Below, in pieces: positions 49,146-61,409 of a stretch of DNA of 64,000 bases. The DNA lies in NCBI GenBank assembly GCA_035221665.1, contig CM069131.1:25606001-25670000 (forward strand), read 5' to 3'. Under the pieces are notes generated by a model. It was not told the origin of the DNA. It made no database searches and saw nothing but the letters and a program-made list of their open reading frames with translations. The position numbers and the translations under genes were made by a program. Origin of the DNA: Okamejei kenojei. Its lineage: Eukaryota. The stretch's first letter is position 1; every line of letters starts with the position of its first letter.

Positions 49146-52100
49146 CAGATGAAATCTGGAGAATTCCAAGATGTGTTCCATGACTTCCTCACACCTAAGG
49201 GCAAGACACCACAAATTCACCAGATCCATTTTTAGGATAGCAGTGGGACTTGCCTGAAGTAAACACAAGCCTTATGTATATATTTATTGGAGATTTACTA
49301 ATTCTAGTAAGAGCTTGCATCTTGCTACATTGTTAAGTTTTTTTCCTCCAATTAGGTAACCTAAGCAGAGTTTTTTTCCAACATAGCCACTGTCAAACAC
49401 GCTAGAAACCAGCAGATAAATTTGCCTTAAAGTGCTGCCTGGAGAGGCAGATCTGCTTTCCGGACCTGTATTAATATTACAGCCTACAAACCACCGACGT
49501 GCTTCCCCTGTTCAGCTGCCCCTTCCTATTCGTAACAATAGAACTGCTTGAGTTCCTGCAATTTATTGCACTGAAACCTTTGGACAAATTTTGAACAGCC
49601 CGATGACCGCTCCCTCTTGAAATACAAGCCCAGTATGCCAATCATTTCACTCCCATTACGTGTCCCAGATAATTTCAACTGGTTCCAGGAACTTTTTAAG
49701 TATAGGAATGTTATTCAGACTATATTTTCAGTGGAATTGTGAGGACTTTGAAATCAAACAGCTACACCTTTCTGCAGCAAATTCTGAATATTATCTCGGA
49801 ATTGTTAATGAAGTCATTTCAAATAAAGAATAGGGGATGCCACCTGCACAGTGTTCTACCACAATGGATAGCATTTTGCCCTTCCTGCTTGTAAACATAC
49901 AAGTAATGCCTGTCTATTTGGATTGTTTCTACTTTTAGCTCTTTGGCACAGTGCAACACACAAACATAAACCAATGCTACAGTCATCTTAGCCGGGTTGT
50001 CAGATGCAGATTCTTAAGATTCTTCATTGTGCACGCAATCTCTGTCATGCCTTTTAAGAGGTGTAATTCTCAGAACTCTGTTGCTCCTCCATGAAGACAA
50101 AGTATGAGAATATTCATGGGCATCCGTGAGCTTACTGGTCTAGAGTGCCAGGAACATTCTCATACTATTTACCATCCAACACATCCATGGAACTCCCCTT
50201 CATGCCACTCACCACCTTAACACGGAAATATGTCACTACTCATTCAACATCAGCAGACATTCAGCATTTTGATTATATATTTTAGTGACATTTTTTTTTC
50301 AAAGCCAATAGGAAAAGGCATTAACTGTTAGGCTCAGAGGTGGTGCCTTGATCATACTGTGGAATCATAAAATAATAGAATTGTTAGAGCACAGAATAAG
50401 CTGAATTTATTTTGGCCAAATAAGCTTATACATGCAAGGCAGTTAATCTCATTCCTGGCTCCATCCCAAAATCCTGCAGTTTCACTTTTCTTGAGCTAAT
50501 TCGTTTTTGAAAGCCACAACCTAATTTGTTGTCATCACCCTTTCAGGCAGTGAATTTCAAATTATGACTAGTTCCATGAGAGTGTTTTTCATCATATTAC
50601 CTTTGTTTCTTTTGCCACTTAGCTTTAATCTGGGTGCTTTTGTTCACAACCTTTCCTACAAAAATATTTTTTTTTTATTCACTTCATCTAGATCCTGATT
50701 AATTATGAATGTTGTCAAACAATTACTTCCCAAATTTCTATTCAATCTGTTCTGCACCCTGTCTAAGACATTTTATTTAAGGAAAGTTTTGTAGGTTTCG
50801 CGAGAGTGCAGAACAGACTTATCAGAATGACCTTAAGGATAAAGTATTTTAGGGGTGACAGGAGATATTTTGGTAAAAGAATATTTAGTAACGGAATATT
50901 TGTGAAAGTTATGAATTAATACGAGAGATGTGGTTATATAACGTAAATTTTATACACTCTTGATTAATCTAATGGATCACAAGAATGCTTTCCGATGTTT
51001 CATTTTAAGGAGACTGGTAGATGACATTTCAAGGAAGCCGAGAAAACAAATAGCCCAAGTTTAGCAGAATTGAATGGGTGCAGTCACTTCCAGCTCCAAG
51101 CACTGATTTCTCTCTGAATTAGTTCCCAATTTATCAAAATGTCTAAATGAGGAGGGGAGAAAAATAGTGTTTCCATTATGTGTACTGTCACTTACAAATT
51201 GCACATCTTGTTCTGTGGTCAAAGGTACTGGGATAAGATGCCTGCAAAATTCCCCTGATCTGCCTTACCTCATAAAGTCAGAGGAAAATTGACATAATCC
51301 CCCGAGAAATGGCATAAACAGATGTTCTTCTGTGGTTCTTCTAAAGGTACAGCATAAGACCGGGAACTGTTGTGGAAATTTAAGGCAGTAGAATCCATGA
51401 ACAATGATATCTTCTGGCCATGCTATACTGTATTTATCAACTCAGTTAAAACAAAATGGAATCACGCCTTCTGATTCACGGGTAGAAAGATTTGCCACTT
51501 CTTTCAAGCAATCTCTGAAGTTGCTCCTTTTGCATGAATGTCATGCACCAAATTGTAGAAAAGAAGAAACAGCATCAAATCCTTTTTTTATTTTTGTGAT
51601 GCAGCAGGACCCAAGAAAATTGCAAATCATGCCTGAAATGTGAACTGTGGAGTTAGAAAGGGTGACGATGCAAAGATGTTGGATTAAAGACAAAGATAAA
51701 TTATACACAGATATATTGTTTATTAAAGTTTCTATTGGAATGACACTGCATTGAGTCATCTTAGGTCAGGTTACAGCCGAGCATTAAAACAAAAATAACA
51801 ACTTCACACATCCCATCAGTTTCAATGATGTAATATTGGGTCCTCACCAAGGGACTCGAAAATTAAAATAACTTTTAACAGCTTAGTTTAATTAGAGACG
51901 TGTATTGCACCAATGACCTTCAACTGAGTTAACAAGCCAAAGGTTTAGAGATGCTAAAATGCAATCCTCATCAGAAAATCTCAGAGATGCATTGAGAAGA
52001 AGATAATAAAAGTTCTCAATGTGCTTAAAATCAATTGAATGTGAAGCAGTAGAATTGACAACTGTCATCCATGAGACTGCATACATTGTATTATTATCAT

Positions 52101-54865
52101 ATTCATTAATAACTTTCATTAATAAATACCTGGTTTCCTCTGTTCATCCCACTGTTTCACCGATGTATGCGTACTGTCTTTTGTGTCTGGTAATTATATC
52201 TAGTCCTGTGTTTGAGATTATGGTGCTGTAATTCATGGTTAAGGCAAAACATCATCAGGGTTCAATATGTCTATACCGTTAGCTCTTTGAACATGAGTAA
52301 GGTCTTTTTCATAGCGCAGGTCACCACTTCAATGTGCTTGCATTTCTATCAGCGGTCACTCTTGTTCATAATTGCTTTTTTTTTAAAACACCTGCAGGTG
52401 CAGACTGTTAGCAAACTCTCCAATATGAAAATACCCAAATACTGTATGGAGCAGAACTATACATAATGTTCCACCAGATCTAGATCAGGTCGATATAAAA
52501 GCTGGACAGTATCTGAAATATTTGAACAAATCAATTGACTCGACACGAAGATCTTTTTTTTCCTGCTGATACATTGTATTTTTGTCATAACATTTATTCA
52601 AATTGCAACCAATGTATTCTGTCGTAGTGACTTTCACTTCTCATTGAATCAGGTTTGTTCCCGCATCCTAGATGGATGTAAGAACTCAACATCTCACTCA
52701 AATGTACCCCACAACACCACCGCTCCAACTCTTGTTTGTTATGATGAGGTTACCATAAGTCATTCAAGAGGCCCCTTTCTGTTCATTGAAAAATAAAACT
52801 GGTGAAGGGCAGAGGGATTATCATTGGAGAAGAAGACATAAAAGGAACAATAGTTTGTTTGTTTTAACCCTCTCTTAGTGCATTGCTGGTAGTAATCTTT
52901 CACTTACACAGTAAGTCAGCTTCTGCATTGTGTGTGCCAGTAGAATGTTCAATTGCAGAGGCCATTACATCTAAGGCTAATATTGTCCTTGTTTAGTCTC
53001 TACAGGTAAGCACTTCATACAGCTTTCACTGGATAGTGATCAGGAGCAGATGCCAGAGATGAATTTCCACTCGTCAGCATTAAAGCCATGTGTGGGGGTG
53101 GCCGATACTGCACTGTTTAGCTCAACATGCTGTCTGGTTCACCTTAGGATATTTTGATCTGGACAGTTCAGCAACTCAGATGGAAAAGAGGGAGGGAGCT
53201 ATTTTTAAGAATCCTTGTTGTGCAATGAAGTCCTAAACTGAGTAAATTATCGAATGGTATTACAGATAATAACCGTTCCTCACAAAATCAGTGTATTTTT
53301 CAATTGCCTAAACTTCAGATTTCCATCTGCCTCTGAAACTATATAATTGGTGCAACATATAGCAGACTTCTTAATTTGTTTCAACGCAGGATTAGTATCA
53401 AACATTTTTTCCTTTGGTTTCCCCTCCAGTTCATACTTGACATGTGATGAAGTGCATACATGCCATGCCAATTCCCCATTGTTCATTCCAAATGCACTTT
53501 GATATTACCAGGAACTGCAAACTCTATTGGTACCTCCCCCATTGCTCCCATTTTCCATCTGCCATCCAAGCCAGATCTGACCCGGATACTCCGTTCCCAG
53601 TATATCTCATTGCTGGGAGGATAGGGTGGGGCTTTTCCTGCCTAACGTATGTAGTTCCATCACTTTCAATGCTGCTTCCCCATTGTGGAGTGTGACCAAG
53701 GGCCAAGGTTGTTCTGGTCAGATCATTGACTGTAGTAATGGAGGGCAACATCATAATGGAGGCCATCCTTCCATGCAATACCTTCTGAGGACCGCAGCCT
53801 TAACCAAGACCTCCAACAACATTGCTGAATGGCTCCAGGTGTATGCTTGAGCCATCCAAGAATACATTCTGACTCTGACCAGGTGACCGAGGCCAAATCT
53901 GCAGGCAAATGTTCACAAGAAATTATTCCCGCTCTGTCTCCTTCTTGATTATGAGCCTAAGGCCGGGAACTTTGTATCCCTTCAGCTGAAAGCACCACAA
54001 AAAATTATTTCTACCAATAATTTTCCTGATTTCAGCCCAAAATACAACTGAAACATGAACTTTTGGAATTGGAGAGGTTCCAGGTGATCATGATTCATTT
54101 CAATTTGCCTTGTGAAGAGTACAGTGAGGTGGTCTAAAGGCTTTGCACACCTTAGAAGGCCTCGAACGGAATTGCTCGCGCAACCTCTAGCAAAGGTCAC
54201 CATTTGTCGACAAATCTGGATGTCATTCTGGGCAGAACCTATGTACACCTGAGCAAGGCGGGACAAGAGGTAGGTTGTTGGGTAGATGACATGTGGATGC
54301 AGGGGTGTGGTACTTTGTGATGAAGAGTGGTGGTCAGAGAGCTGTAATAAATTGGTCCCTTAGGATACTTCCTGATGTGAATAAGCATCAATGATGGAAT
54401 GAATGCCAGGCTGTTGCCACTATCTCAGAATCCATCACAAAATAGGAGTGGAGAAAGCACATCTACAAAAAAAAATTAAGACTTTAGATTCGTCCATTCA
54501 ATTCCCCTCATCTGCAAATTAGTTCCAAATTCTGCTTGATGCATGGATAATCAAAAACATAATTTTTTATACCATTGTCTGCCACAGAAGAAAGGATAAG
54601 GAATTACAGTGTCTGTTTTTCCTTCTTAGAAATAGGATATTCCACTTTGCAACAGGATGAGCTTAGCAGCCAGTGATGAACCTATAATCTAGCAAAATGA
54701 CCCAACTAAAACATAGGCAAGCAGTGACTTCTTGAACTGTCACCATTTGTCACGTTAATGCATCATTTTAGAGCTCATGGCAGGTGTTCTTGTTAATATG
54801 ATCTAAGCACAGCTCTGCTGCATAATATGATTCAGCAGATGGGATACAGAAAGGTGATTGCCTAA

Positions 54866-55207
54866 TGGACCTGTCCCACTTACGCGACTTTTTCAGCGAC
54901 CGCCGGCGCCCGTCATAGGTCGTTGCAGGTTGCCGAAAATTTTCAACATGTTGAAAATTCAGCGGCGACCAGAAAAACGCTACGACTCTTTGGGCGACTG
55001 AAGAGACTACTCACGACCATACAGGCGACACCCTGGCGACATGTCACGGGGTGAAGCCTGTATGGTCGTGAGTAGTCGCCCAAAGAGTCGTACCTTGTTC
55101 TGGTCGCTGCTTGATTTTCAACATGTTGAAAATTTTCGCCGACCTGCTGCGACTATGACAGGTGCCGGCAAGTCGCTGGAAAAAATCACATAAGTGGGAC
55201 AGGTCCA
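54866..55207. mobile_element. PIF/Harbinger-type MITE copy 6, almost fully palindromic
   Basis: TAA|TGGACCTGTCCCACTTA ... TAAGTGGGACAGGTCCA|TTA; symmetry axis at gacatgtc 55038-55045. Confidence 0.88.
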
Positions 55208-55357
55208 TTAGGTTTTCATACAGTGCAAGAGTACTCTCCATGTAAGTAGTTGGGAATTGTTTGGACATAGATTTGTTTGGCTTTTTAACCAACATTTAAT
55301 TATTTATGAAAATGGCCTTGATATCTTTTGTTTTTGTATGTTTTATATTTTTGACAG

Positions 55358-55379
55358 TTTGAAGTATAAGAGGGAGAGG
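55358..55379 (+). other. Candidate alternative 22-nt DCLK2 microexon encoding FEV-stop
   Basis: ~35-nt U-rich tract ending ttgacag|, then TTT GAA GTA TAA GAGGGAGAGG, then consensus donor |GTGAGT; in frame after GVSVIM. Confidence 0.5.
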
Positions 55380-58300
55380 GTGAGTTCCAATCCTCACACT
55401 GAGACACTGGATAAACCTGGAACAGCATCATGGTATAGAACGCAGTGCCCTAACAGGGGGACCATTCACTAAATCTCAGCCGGTCCACATTTGCATGGCC
55501 TGTCGCCTTGTGCCTCACAGCTCTTTTCTAAGCTTTTCTCAGCTCACAAGGCAGAACTTTTCATGGTGTGGATTCAGGCTGATTGTATCGTACTTGGGAG
55601 AGCAGATACTTTTCTTTTCTGTTGCTCATGCTGGATTAAGTTCACCTCAGACTCACTCGAGGCTCAAAAAATTCTGGACTGCAGAATATTTGACAGAAAC
55701 TCCAGAAAAATCTACCACTTAATAAACCTCACATGAAGTCGTGATTTGAAAGGCCAAACTATATTAACAACTGCACATGGACAAGAATTGGTTTTAAAAT
55801 AAACACTGGCATTAATAATCGAAGAAACCAAGAACTTCCAAAAAAGGAAGACAACCTGAAACTATTTTAAGTAGGCAGAGTGGTCTTTGAGTGCCATCTG
55901 GTGTTAACAAGGCTGAATTGGAAGAGTTGCTACGTCAAAAGCTTTGCTCGAAGTTCTTTGCTTTCCACTAAACTGTATCCCTTTTTTCAGAAATGGTTAA
56001 TTTAGCCTGATTATTACAGTGCTTTGCATTATGTAATATGTTCATGTGAATGCTTGGTTCTCCAGGATAAGCTAGTGGACCGTGTGTTTTATTTAAATTT
56101 GCAAAATAACTGTATTAGCTGGTAAAACAATTGTATTCCATCAACCTTTTAATTAAAGCACTGTTCTAGGGAGCCAAGTATTTTGCATGTTACAATAAGG
56201 TATGAGCTGCAAGGATCGTTCTGTTATACAGCCCTGCAACATTTGGAGAAGGACTTCTTCATCTCATTTCCCTTTAAATGTTTTAAACTATGTACAATAG
56301 CCTGCAAATGTAAATAAACCTTTAAAACATCTATGCAATTGGCTCATTAGAATTTAAAAAGTATAGGAGTTGTCAGCACTTGGACAAACTCCCAACACAA
56401 TTTACGATCTACAATGGAACAGCATTAAGTTTTATATTTTGAGTAAAGTACACAAATTGGAATCTCTACCCAGCAGGTGGTAAAATTTTAAAACATTCAT
56501 AGTGGGATCAGCAAATTGATTTTAAAATGCTTTTGCAGCCACATCTGTAGTGTGTTTTCCTTTAGCTATATAAATATGGATGTGTACGAAACGTGACTAG
56601 TTGCTATCCTTGTGCTTCTTCCCCCGTTTCTCTGACCAGCACCTGTATTGCTCCTCTCTGACTGGTCCCACGCAATGGCATGTACTAACCGCATCAGCAC
56701 TGCTCACATTTCTGCTGCACTCACACTGCTTCTTCCTCTTAAAAAACAATTTCAAAATTGGGGCAGAGGAGAAAAAAAATGTTTTGAACTACTCCTAGTT
56801 CATTCGTAAGCCAGCCAACCATTTAACGCATAGCTGGTGAATGTTTTGACAAAGTGGATGAACTCTGTTCCATATTTCTGCTTTTGGAGATATTCTATAG
56901 AACAACATTGTGCAAGGAGGTGTGCATTATTTAGGAATCCAACCAATCTGAGTGCCAGAACTGAGAGATAGGGAGTGTTGTGTGGCAAACCATATTAAAA
57001 TGCTCATCAGCCTGCATTTAACCCTTTAGCTCTCCAGGGTTCAATTAGTTTCTGGGACATAAAAGATTGTTTCTACCAGCTCTAAATAATAGATAAGATC
57101 TTTAAATGTGCATATTCAAGGAATATTCAACAATCCTTTATAAGACATACTCCAAAATTATGCTCTATCTGATACTGTCTAGGAAGTGATGCATTGTTCT
57201 AAAATTCATTATCCTCGAACTAAAATAGGAAAGCATGTTCAAGATGAAAAATATACCTTGTGGCACAATATTACCACAACTGAAATGAAAAACTGTAATC
57301 TAACATGCAGTTGTAATGAATGTCAAATTGTTATAGTAAGGTTACAAAGATAGAATGATTTCTAGTTGTACTTTCAACATATGATCATGCACTAGTAATT
57401 CGTCTTTTGATACCCTAGGCAACAATAATTCCACATACAGTAATTCACAGAATGACTTTGTGAAAAAATAATAACTTTATTTTGGCTGTTAAAGTCATAG
57501 GATTTTAGATTAGATTTTGAGGCTTGAGGAAGACATTGGCATTTGCAGAGCACTGGAATTAGCCTTACAGAATCCATCCATTTATGCATTACAAGCAATC
57601 TGATCAAGTCATGTGAACAGATGTGAAATAATGGTTCTCCTTGGCAGAGTTTTAGATTGAATCAGTTGGTATTATTCATAATCGGAAAAATATTTTAAAT
57701 GTTTTCCAGGAATGCCAAGAAATTGGATTTCACAAATTGGAAATTGGTGTGCCATGTGCACTGCATCAAATATTAATACACTGCAAAAGCAAAATCATTA
57801 AATTAGCCAAAAATACATTAATAAAAATTGCTGTGATGCAGAATCCTCTGCCATTTCCCAGATGAGCTAACCCCCACATATTTTCCTGCTGATCACCAGA
57901 AAAGGCATCAGTCAAACCCTACAGGAACTTTCTCCATGGAAGCTGCAGCATAGCTACATTAGAGGCTGCGATAACCTTCAAGCAAACATGAACATGAAGT
58001 GGGGGAGGTGGAAACAGCTTGTTAGTACCGACAATCCCAGCCATCACTGCCACCCCCCCTACCCCCCATGTTATCATCTACCATGATTGCGTCCTGTACT
58101 TTGTGTTGCCCCATACTACTGCAAGTTTTGGGCTATTCAGTGAGACAGAGATCACAGTATGTGTCCCGGATGTACATAGTATGTTTTTAAAAACTGAGAT
58201 TACTGATAGAGCTTCAAATATCCTAATTAAAAATTGAGACTGTCAGATGCTGTATGCTTATCATCAGCGTCAGAATGGAGTCTGATGTCTCATTTGCAAA

Positions 58301-58645
58301 GACAACACAAAGTGTTCCTAATTTGAGTGTGGGAATTCAGTAACAGTGATACATCACATCCATAAACACCAGTTTTGCCGTAAAAACAATAGATGTACAA
58401 TTGGCTCCAGAAAAATGTCAGATCCGTTCAGGAGAATTGTGCAAGAAGATCTCGCGTTCAGTTTTCCGAAGTGCATAATTTCAATTGATAATGGTCGCTC
58501 CATTGAACTCACCGGGATTAAATTGGTTCTTTACATAATTTGAGTGTGAGACGCAGGTTACAATGAGCAAAAAAAAACAGCTGTGTGAAATCTCACAGCA
58601 TTTGTCTTGGTACCATAATTGTTGAACAGATTGTATCGCATCCGT

Positions 58646-59222
58646 CATAGTCATACAGCGTGGAAACAGGCCCTTCAGCCCAACTTGCCCCACCAACCAA
58701 TATGCACCATCTACACTAGTCCCATATTGCCTGCATTTGCCTGCATCTGGCCCTTTTAAACCACATCCTTCTAAACTATATCTTCCTATCCCTCTACATA
58801 TCCAAATGTTTTTTAAACTTAGTGATAGTACCTGCCTCAACGACCTCCTCTGGCAGCACGTTCCACATACCCACCACTCTTTGTGTAAAAATGTTGCCTC
58901 TCAGGTTCCCATTAAATATTTCTCCCCTCGCCTTAAACCTATATCCTCTGATTCTTGATTCCCCTACTCTGGGTAAAAGCATTTACGCCATCTATTCCTC
59001 TCATGTTCTTATACACCTCTACACAATCACCCGTCATCCTCCTGCTCTCCAAGGAATAAAGTTTGCTCAACATCTTCCTATAGCTCAGTCCCTCGAGTCC
59101 TGGCAGCATCCTTGTACATTTTTTCTGCACCGATTCCATCTTAACAACATCTTTCTTATAACAGGATGACTAAAACTGAACACAATACTTCAAATGTGGC
59201 CTCATCAATGTTTTGTACAATG
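58646..59222 (-). mobile_element. CR1 LINE 3' fragment
   Basis: ORFs 58939-59139 (ESVQKKCTRMLPGLEGLSY) and 58794-58982 (IFTQRVVGMWNVLPEEVVEAG). Confidence 0.88.
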
Positions 59223-61229
59223 TCTTAATCCCTCTGAGAATTCAAATAAATTATAGGTACCTAAGTAAAAGCCACCCGTGATAATGTTGGGATGCCCTGG
59301 CATTTCATCAGTGTTTCAGGAATATGTTACTAACCTTTCTATTAATGGACATATAGTTTCAGAAAATTGCAATATAAAAGTCACTAAAAATAATTTGATC
59401 TGCATTCCATAGGTCCCAATTATCTTATCTCCAGGCAGATGAGCATTAAATGGTATCATTCAAATAACATGCCAATCCACGGGACATCAGCTCTCTCAAG
59501 TGAATGGAGATAGTGTTTCATTTATCTTGTATCTTTTAGCCAATATTACTAGAGAGGATTATTTTGTTGTTATTACATTGTCGATTGTAAATACTTGGTG
59601 CATGTATATTTGCATTTCCAACAATACAAACATTTAAAAAGCACGTAATTTTGCACATCCCAATCTTATGATGTGTTGTGTATTTACAATCCCATTCGTC
59701 TGTCTTGCGATGTAATAAGTAGGTAGATAATTGAGTGCAAACCTGGTTTTCCTATATTTTTTGTAAATACTTTATGGAGAGAATTACAAAAACCTGCATT
59801 AATTTGCAACACTAGTTTTGCCAGGCTGTTATATTATGTATTTTGCCCTGCCTCTCTTACTACAGTCAAGGTTTGCACCAATGTATGTAATAGCACAGTA
59901 TTTAAGCTGCCATTCTTTCAGCATAAGCCCTTCATGCCCATTCCATAAATCACAATTAACCTAGAATGATTCGTCACATTTCCACATTCATATAAAGTCT
60001 CGCATTTCCACACCCCTGATCTTCCAAACGTCCATAGTTTTCCATGCCCCAACATGCCACATTCAAATATCATTACCAAATCATTCCATAACATCATCCC
60101 ATCCAAATGTCATTGTTTATTTTCTAGATGTATATACTTGCATGCAAAACACACTTGCAATGTTACTCATTGTTCTGCAGCACACCACTGTTCTGTAAAA
60201 GTACGGTGATCCACTGCAGCTCCATTCTAGCTGAGTTTAGTTCCTCTGGCATCTCACTACATGCTCATAACAGCTTCCTGAACATTTTTGCCTTAATCAA
60301 CAAACTTTTTCATTCTGATCTCTATCATGTTTAAGTACACGAGGAAAACAATTGAAATTCAGGTTGTGTTATCATTATTAAGAATGTCATCCCAGTAGCA
60401 ATATAGTCTCACTCTGATATCTCTAGTAACTGATGAGAATTGAAAGTAATGGCTCTCGAGGATTCCTATGTTGCTGACAATGCAGAGCAGGACATCATAT
60501 GATAGCTCCCAGAAGTATAATTTCCATTCATGGCTATTTTCGCACCTTGTTAACTGTGCTGAGATATTGTCTACCATTTTAAAGACTTGATAGAAATGTA
60601 AATTGTAAATGGATTTGTGTTCCTGCAATTCTCCTCCCATACCTCAAGAGTAGATAGGCGGAATTTATTCCTGATTGGTGCAAATTGGTGAGTAATCTAT
60701 TTTTCTTCCTTTTGCTTTTATTTCCTTACATTTCAGTAGTGATGTGTGTATTATAACCAGTCTTCTATTATGCAGTACCATTAGTTTACCATATACTTTC
60801 CACACACAAAGCAACATTAATGCTCTGTGCACCCATGGAATGGCAGTACTGCAGCGTAAGCTTGCCCAGAAATCTTCGTGATGTTGAAGTATGGCTAAAA
60901 TAATGTACACCTCTGAGTTAGACCATTTTGAATTGCTGCTCCATTAATCAAACAACCTGTTAGTGATTCACATGCGCATCATCTAAGATGCATTGAACTA
61001 GGTACATACAGTAATTTTCAACAAACCAAATTGCCCTTCAAATGCACACTGTTCACAGTTTGGAGAGACGTTAAGAGGATAAACAAGCTCACAAAGAAGA
61101 CAAATCTTTGATACTCTCCTTTTGTTTGTTTTGTGTTAATGTGATCCAACGATTGAATTTTTTAAGAACATCAATCCTTTCTATATTTTTACAAAACTGC
61201 TCATTCTCTCTTCCCTTTTTATTTTCCAG

Positions 61230-61409
61230 TACACAGCTCTCGATAAAGAAAGTCAGATATTCAGTGGTAAGCCCCAGCGAGATAGTGAAGGAGTTGGTAT
61301 GGTGCAAACATCTCAACCCTGTCCGGACGAAGATCCCTCCGTGTCTGGGTCCATGACCTATCCCACTCATTCATCTGTGTCAGTGCTGGCCCCTGCACCT
61401 CCTGTCTGA
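61230..61409 (+). CDS. DCLK2: DCLK2 terminal coding exon (stop TGA 61407-61409)
   Basis: Strong pyrimidine tract ctctcttccctttttattttccag|. Translates YTALDKESQIFSGKPQRDSEGVGMVQTSQPCPDEDPSVSGSMTYPTHSSVSVLAPAPPV*. TALDKExQIF is the conserved start of the DCLK1/2 last exon. Confidence 0.9.
   Translation, partial: YTALDKESQIFSGKPQRDSEGVGMVQTSQPCPDEDPSVSGSMTYPTHSSVSVLAPAPPV

Noticed and set aside
53290-54300. Possible ancient Harbinger Myb/SANT or transposase remnant (antisense FS...LEVLV near 53790-53830)
   Set aside because: Similarity is too short and frameshifted to support without a profile search.
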